A stretch of 61,704 nucleotides of DNA, filler included. It is 7 parts of 7 records of this genome, joined end to end, with 100 filler letters (N's around TTAATTAATTAA, not from the genome) between each part and the next. Parts side by side here need not be neighbours in the genome. Positions count along the whole stretch, not along the records: positions 53,271 to 61,704 come from SRR31156797_20505; 6 more parts are not named here. One strand, 5' to 3'. Of the stretch, positions 57,939 through 61,704 are shown piece after piece. The position numbers were made by a program, and so were the translations under genes. How positions within the stretch are numbered: the first letter of the stretch is position 1; each line of letters opens with the position of its first letter. The notes below the pieces were generated by a model. The model was given only the letters and a program-made list of their open reading frames with translations. It was not told the origin of the DNA and made no database searches.

Positions 57939-59438
57939 ATGGGAGAAATCCTTAGCGTAAAAAAAATCAACAAGTCCTTTGTCGGTGTGAAGGCTCTGGA
58001 CGATGTGGATTTCGACCTGGAAGAGGGAGAGATCCACGGCTTGATGGGAGAGAACGGAGCGGGGAAATCCACGCTCATAAAGGTGATCACAGGCTTTTAC
58101 ACCCGGGATAGCGGATCGGTCTATCTGAACGATGAAGCCGTCTCCTTTCAGTCCCCCAACGAAGCGGTGGATCATGGGATCAGCACGGTCTATCAGGAAA
58201 TCAACCTGATCCCCATGCTATCGGTGGCAGAGAATATCTTTCTCGGAAGGCAGCCGAAGAGAAAGAACGGAGCCATCGACTGGAAGAGCATGAACCGGCG
58301 GGCCGCCGAGGCGGTGAGACGCCTGGAGCTGGACCTGGACGTGACCCTTCCCCTGAACAGCTACTCCGTAGCCATTCAGCAGATGGTATCCATAGCCAGG
58401 GCCCTGGACGTGCAGGCGAAGGTTCTGATCCTCGATGAGCCGACGTCCAGCCTGGACCAGTTTGAGGTGGAGCAGCTGTTCAAGGTGATGAGGAAACTCC
58501 GAAGCCGGGGGATCAGCATCATCTTCATCACCCATTTCCTGGATCAGGTGTTCGAGATAACCGACCGGATTTCCGTCCTGCGGGACGGCAGATTCGTAGG
58601 CGTATTCCAGACCCGTGGCCTGGACCGGATCCAACTGATATCGCAGATGCTGGGAAAGGAGCTGAAAGAGCTGGACAGCTCTCTGTGGAGGGACGGATCC
58701 TCGGAGAGCGGAGAAACCCTGGTCTCTCTGAAGAACGTCGCCAAGGCCGAGTACATCCAGCCCTTTGACCTTGAGCTGAAGAAGGGCGAGGTCCTGGGAC
58801 TGGCGGGCCTTCTCGGCTCCGGTCGCACGGAGATAGCGAATCTCCTCTACGCGGTGACCCGCCCCGACAGCGGAGAGATCAGAGTAAAGGGCGTCAGGGC
58901 CAGGCTGAAGTCACCCCGGGACGCCATCTTCGCAGGCATGGGCTACTGCCCCGAAGACCGGAAAGAGGAGGGCATCATCCCCGAGCTCAGCGTCCGGGAA
59001 AATATCATTCTGGCCCTTCAGGCCAAACGGGGGATCTTTCGTTTTCTGTCAAAAAGGAAGCGCGACGAGATCGCGGAAAAGTACATCAGGGCCCTGGGGA
59101 TAAAGACCCCCGACGCCGACAAGAGCATCAAGGGCCTGAGCGGCGGGAACCAGCAGAAGTGCATCCTCGCCCGATGGCTGGCCGCCAATCCCGAGCTCCT
59201 CATACTGGACGAGCCCACGCGCGGTATCGATGTGGGAGCGAAGGTGGAGATCCAGAAGGAAATCCTGGACCTGAAGAACAAGGGGCTTTCCATATTATTC
59301 ATCTCTTCAGAACTGGAGGAGGTCGTGCGGGTGTCCAACCGCGTCTCCATTCTGCGGGACCGAAAGGTCGTGGGAGAGTTAAACTCTACGGAAATAAGCG
59401 AGCAGGCAATCATGCGCGCTATAGCTGAAAATGAATAA
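57939..59438 (+). CDS. Sugar ABC ATPase, YtfR-like
   Basis: GENGAGKST, YSVAIQQMV, LSGGNQQK, DEPTRGIDVGAK. Confidence 0.94.
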   Translation: MGEILSVKKINKSFVGVKALDDVDFDLEEGEIHGLMGENGAGKSTLIKVITGFYTRDSGSVYLNDEAVSFQSPNEAVDHGISTVYQEINLIPMLSVAENIFLGRQPKRKNGAIDWKSMNRRAAEAVRRLELDLDVTLPLNSYSVAIQQMVSIARALDVQAKVLILDEPTSSLDQFEVEQLFKVMRKLRSRGISIIFITHFLDQVFEITDRISVLRDGRFVGVFQTRGLDRIQLISQMLGKELKELDSSLWRDGSSESGETLVSLKNVAKAEYIQPFDLELKKGEVLGLAGLLGSGRTEIANLLYAVTRPDSGEIRVKGVRARLKSPRDAIFAGMGYCPEDRKEEGIIPELSVRENIILALQAKRGIFRFLSKRKRDEIAEKYIRALGIKTPDADKSIKGLSGGNQQKCILARWLAANPELLILDEPTRGIDVGAKVEIQKEILDLKNKGLSILFISSELEEVVRVSNRVSILRDRKVVGELNSTEISEQAIMRAIAENE

Positions 59439-60516
59439 TAAAAAGGACTCTAATATGAATAAAACACTGTTAAGCATACAGGATCCCCTGGCCAAGCGCC
59501 TGCTGTGGGCGCTGTTCGGCCTCTTCGGGATTCTGGTATTGAACCTGCTTATTTCCCCGGAGTTCTTCGAGGTCTCCCTTCAGGAAGGGGGCAGGCTGCA
59601 CGGAAACCTGATAAGCATACTTCGCAACGGCGCCCGGGTCGCCATCCTCGCCGTGGGCATGACCCTGGTCTACGCCACGGGGGGAATAGACCTTTCCGTG
59701 GGATCGGTGATGGCCGTGTCCGGCGGAATGGCCGCCCTGATTATCAGGCCGGGGTATCTGCAGGGCCTGCCGGTGGTGGATCCGCAGCCGGCCCTGATCA
59801 GCATCATCCTCCTGCCCCTGCTTATATCGATGCTCCTGGGACTGATCAACGGCGTCATGGTGGCCGTGGTGAAGGTACAGCCTATCATCGCGACGCTGAT
59901 CATGATGTACACGGCCCGGGGGCTGGCCGCGCTGATGGTCAAAGGCCAGACCCCCACCTACTACGGCGTGCCCTTCACCAGGATCGGAACCGGCTACTTC
60001 GCCGGTTTTCCCATACCCGTATGGATCGCCCTGATCATATTCCTGACCACCCTGCTCATAGTGAAAAGGACGGCCATCGGGATCTTTATAGAGGCGGTGG
60101 GAGAGAACAAGACGGCCAGCCGCTTCGTCGGAATCAAAACGACCTCCATCATCATCTCGTCCTATGTGTTCTGCGCCCTGCTGGCGGGCGTCGCGGGGCT
60201 TGTCCATGTCTCCGGCGAGTCCAGTACCAATCCCTACAGCACGGGCTTCATGATCGAGCTGGACGCCATCGCGGCGGTCATCATAGGCGGCAGTATCAAC
60301 GGAGGCCGCTTTACCCTGACCGGATCGCTGATCGGCGCCTATATCATACAGAGCCTGTCCACCACGGTTTACTTTCAGCGCTGGCCCTACGAGTATTCCC
60401 TCGTGTTCAAGGCCATTGTCATCATCGCGGTGGCTTTGATCCAATCCGAAGCCCTGCGGAAGAAACTGATGGAACTGTTCAGGACGCCCGGCGGAGCGAA
60501 AGGAGAGGAACGATGA
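59431..60516 (+). CDS. Sugar ABC permease, YtfT-like
   Basis: GRLHGNLISIL, ATGGIDLSVG, QPIIATLI, ELDAIAAVIIGG. Confidence 0.9.
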   Translation: MNNKKDSNMNKTLLSIQDPLAKRLLWALFGLFGILVLNLLISPEFFEVSLQEGGRLHGNLISILRNGARVAILAVGMTLVYATGGIDLSVGSVMAVSGGMAALIIRPGYLQGLPVVDPQPALISIILLPLLISMLLGLINGVMVAVVKVQPIIATLIMMYTARGLAALMVKGQTPTYYGVPFTRIGTGYFAGFPIPVWIALIIFLTTLLIVKRTAIGIFIEAVGENKTASRFVGIKTTSIIISSYVFCALLAGVAGLVHVSGESSTNPYSTGFMIELDAIAAVIIGGSINGGRFTLTGSLIGAYIIQSLSTTVYFQRWPYEYSLVFKAIVIIAVALIQSEALRKKLMELFRTPGGAKGEER

Positions 60517-61514
60517 ACCGGAAGCATTTACTGAAAAACCTGAGACCCAATGTCAGCAACATCCCCATTCTGACGACGGTCTTTATCTTCCTGTTGATGT
60601 ATACGGCGGCGTCTCTGCTCTTTGACGGCTTCTTCAGCCTCTATAACTTCGTCAACATCATCAAGGCCGTGGCCTATATAGGCATCATCGCCGTGGGAAT
60701 GACCTTTGTCATCATCTCGGGCGGGATAGACCTGTCCGTTGGTTCGGTGGTTGCGTTCACATCGATCTTCATTGCCAAGATGACCAACGTATGGGGTTAC
60801 CCGTCCTGGTTCTCCATGCTGATCTGCCTGGGGATAGGGATCCTCATGGGCTACATGGTCGGCGTGCTGATCGCCCATTTCGAACTGCCCCCGTTTCTGG
60901 TGACCCTGGTCATGATGTTCCTGATGCGGGGTCTGGCCTATATGGTTCACCAGGGTACGCTGAGCATACAGTCGGATCCCTTTATCTCCTTTATGAAAAG
61001 GACGGGGTTGAAATTCGGTCCCGCCAGGCTGAGCCTCTATGTGATGATTTTCTTTCTGATCCTCCTGCTGGGCATCATCGTCTCCCGATACACGAAATTC
61101 GGAAGGACCGTGTACGCCATCGGAGGGAACGAAAAATCGGCCGTAATGATGGGCCTCCCGGTCCTGCGCTCCAAGGTGCTGATCTATACGATCAGCGGTT
61201 TCCTCAGCGCCCTGGGAGGGATCGTGTTCACCATCCATGTCGCTTCGGGCAAGCCCCATAACGCCCTGGGCCTGGAACTGGATGTCATCGCCTCGGTCGT
61301 CATAGGAGGGACGCTCCTGTCCGGCGGTTCGGGTTACGTCATAGGAAGCTTCTTCGGCGTCCTGATCTACGGACTGGTCTTCAAGCTGCCCTCCTATATC
61401 TCTTCCTTCAGGGAGTGGTGGGCCCAGATCCTTGTGGGACTGCTGGTTCTCGGATTTATACTGATACAGACCTATATAACCAGGAACTCCTCAAAACTGG
61501 CTAGACGCTCCTAG
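60513..61514 (+). CDS. Sugar ABC permease, YjfF-like
   Basis: GMTFVIISGGIDLSVG, YAIGGNEKSAVMMGLPV, ELDVIASVVIGG; true start is ATG 60513, not 59505. Confidence 0.92.
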   Translation: MNRKHLLKNLRPNVSNIPILTTVFIFLLMYTAASLLFDGFFSLYNFVNIIKAVAYIGIIAVGMTFVIISGGIDLSVGSVVAFTSIFIAKMTNVWGYPSWFSMLICLGIGILMGYMVGVLIAHFELPPFLVTLVMMFLMRGLAYMVHQGTLSIQSDPFISFMKRTGLKFGPARLSLYVMIFFLILLLGIIVSRYTKFGRTVYAIGGNEKSAVMMGLPVLRSKVLIYTISGFLSALGGIVFTIHVASGKPHNALGLELDVIASVVIGGTLLSGGSGYVIGSFFGVLIYGLVFKLPSYISSFREWWAQILVGLLVLGFILIQTYITRNSSKLARRS

Positions 61515-61523
61515 CCCTGTCCA

Positions 61524-61570
61524 CTCAGCACCGGCGGTCCCTTCCCCGCCGCCGGTGCTGAGCTTTATTT
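61524..61570. terminator. Terminator hairpin between convergent genes
   Basis: CTCAGCACCGGCGG...CCGCCGGTGCTGAG stem, then TTTATTT. Confidence 0.8.
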
Positions 61571-61589
61571 AAAAATCCCACTTGAAAAC

Positions 61590-61704
61590 CTAATGGCTCT
61601 CGGACTGGTCTATCCTCTCGAGATGCTCTTCCGCCTCCTGGAGAGAGGAATACCCCGCGCCTTCGGCCATGGCCTTGAGGATCTTCAGGGCAAGGTTCTC
61701 CCCC
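61590..61704 (-). CDS. 3' end of an unidentified gene
   Basis: Open frame ...ENLALKILKAMAEGAGYSSLQEAEEHLERIDQSESH* ending just before the terminator. Confidence 0.5.
   Translation of the reverse strand, partial: GENLALKILKAMAEGAGYSSLQEAEEHLERIDQSESH

Noticed and set aside
59505-60512. Apparent long N-terminal extension making a 669-aa permease
   Set aside because: Out-of-frame overlap with the ytfT-like gene; the real start is the ATGA-coupled ATG at 60513
1-61704. CRISPR arrays, rRNA/tRNA genes, IS elements, integrase or att sites, retron or DGR reverse transcriptases
   Set aside because: No repeat-spacer periodicity or diagnostic motifs seen by eye; small structured RNAs cannot be excluded without a covariance-model search

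Overview
This window is not one locus. It holds seven unrelated contigs joined by six artificial 100-bp spacers (N44-TTAATTAATTAA-N44). (1) 1-5678: Desulfobacterota-like signalling genes (hybrid kinase, sigma54 activator, sigma54 promoter, triple-CheW protein, Cys-rich PAS-repeat protein). (2) 5779-13120: spirochaete-like sugar ABC operon with a GH38 mannosidase, a PLP lyase and a GntR regulator with operators. (3) 13221-18363: a divergent glycyl-radical enzyme with its activase, a GntR regulator and an FGGY kinase. (4) 18464-26766: duplicated solute-binding proteins, a hybrid kinase, and CheR/CheB with no MCP on the contig. (5) 26867-38275: ROK-regulated monosaccharide ABC and catabolic operon plus a sigma54 activator. 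(6) 38376-53170: AT-rich Firmicutes-type prophage early region. (7) 53271-61704: a ytfQRT-yjfF-like ABC operon behind a sigma54 promoter, divergent from an NtrC-type activator and an ABC-ATPase/PAS/histidine-kinase fusion. The best candidates for new biology are: (a) the ABC-NBD-histidine kinase fusion with its enhancer and sigma54 promoter; (b) a prophage switch with a CI lacking a protease domain and two unannotated microproteins resembling the CI C-terminus, one behind a LexA box and one behind cro; (c) a HigB/HigA-peptidase + sce7726-like nuclease + beta-protein candidate defence cassette; (d) a glycyl-radical enzyme with non-canonical GCQE and RIHGT motifs. All family calls come from reading motifs by eye; no searches were run, so novelty is unverified.
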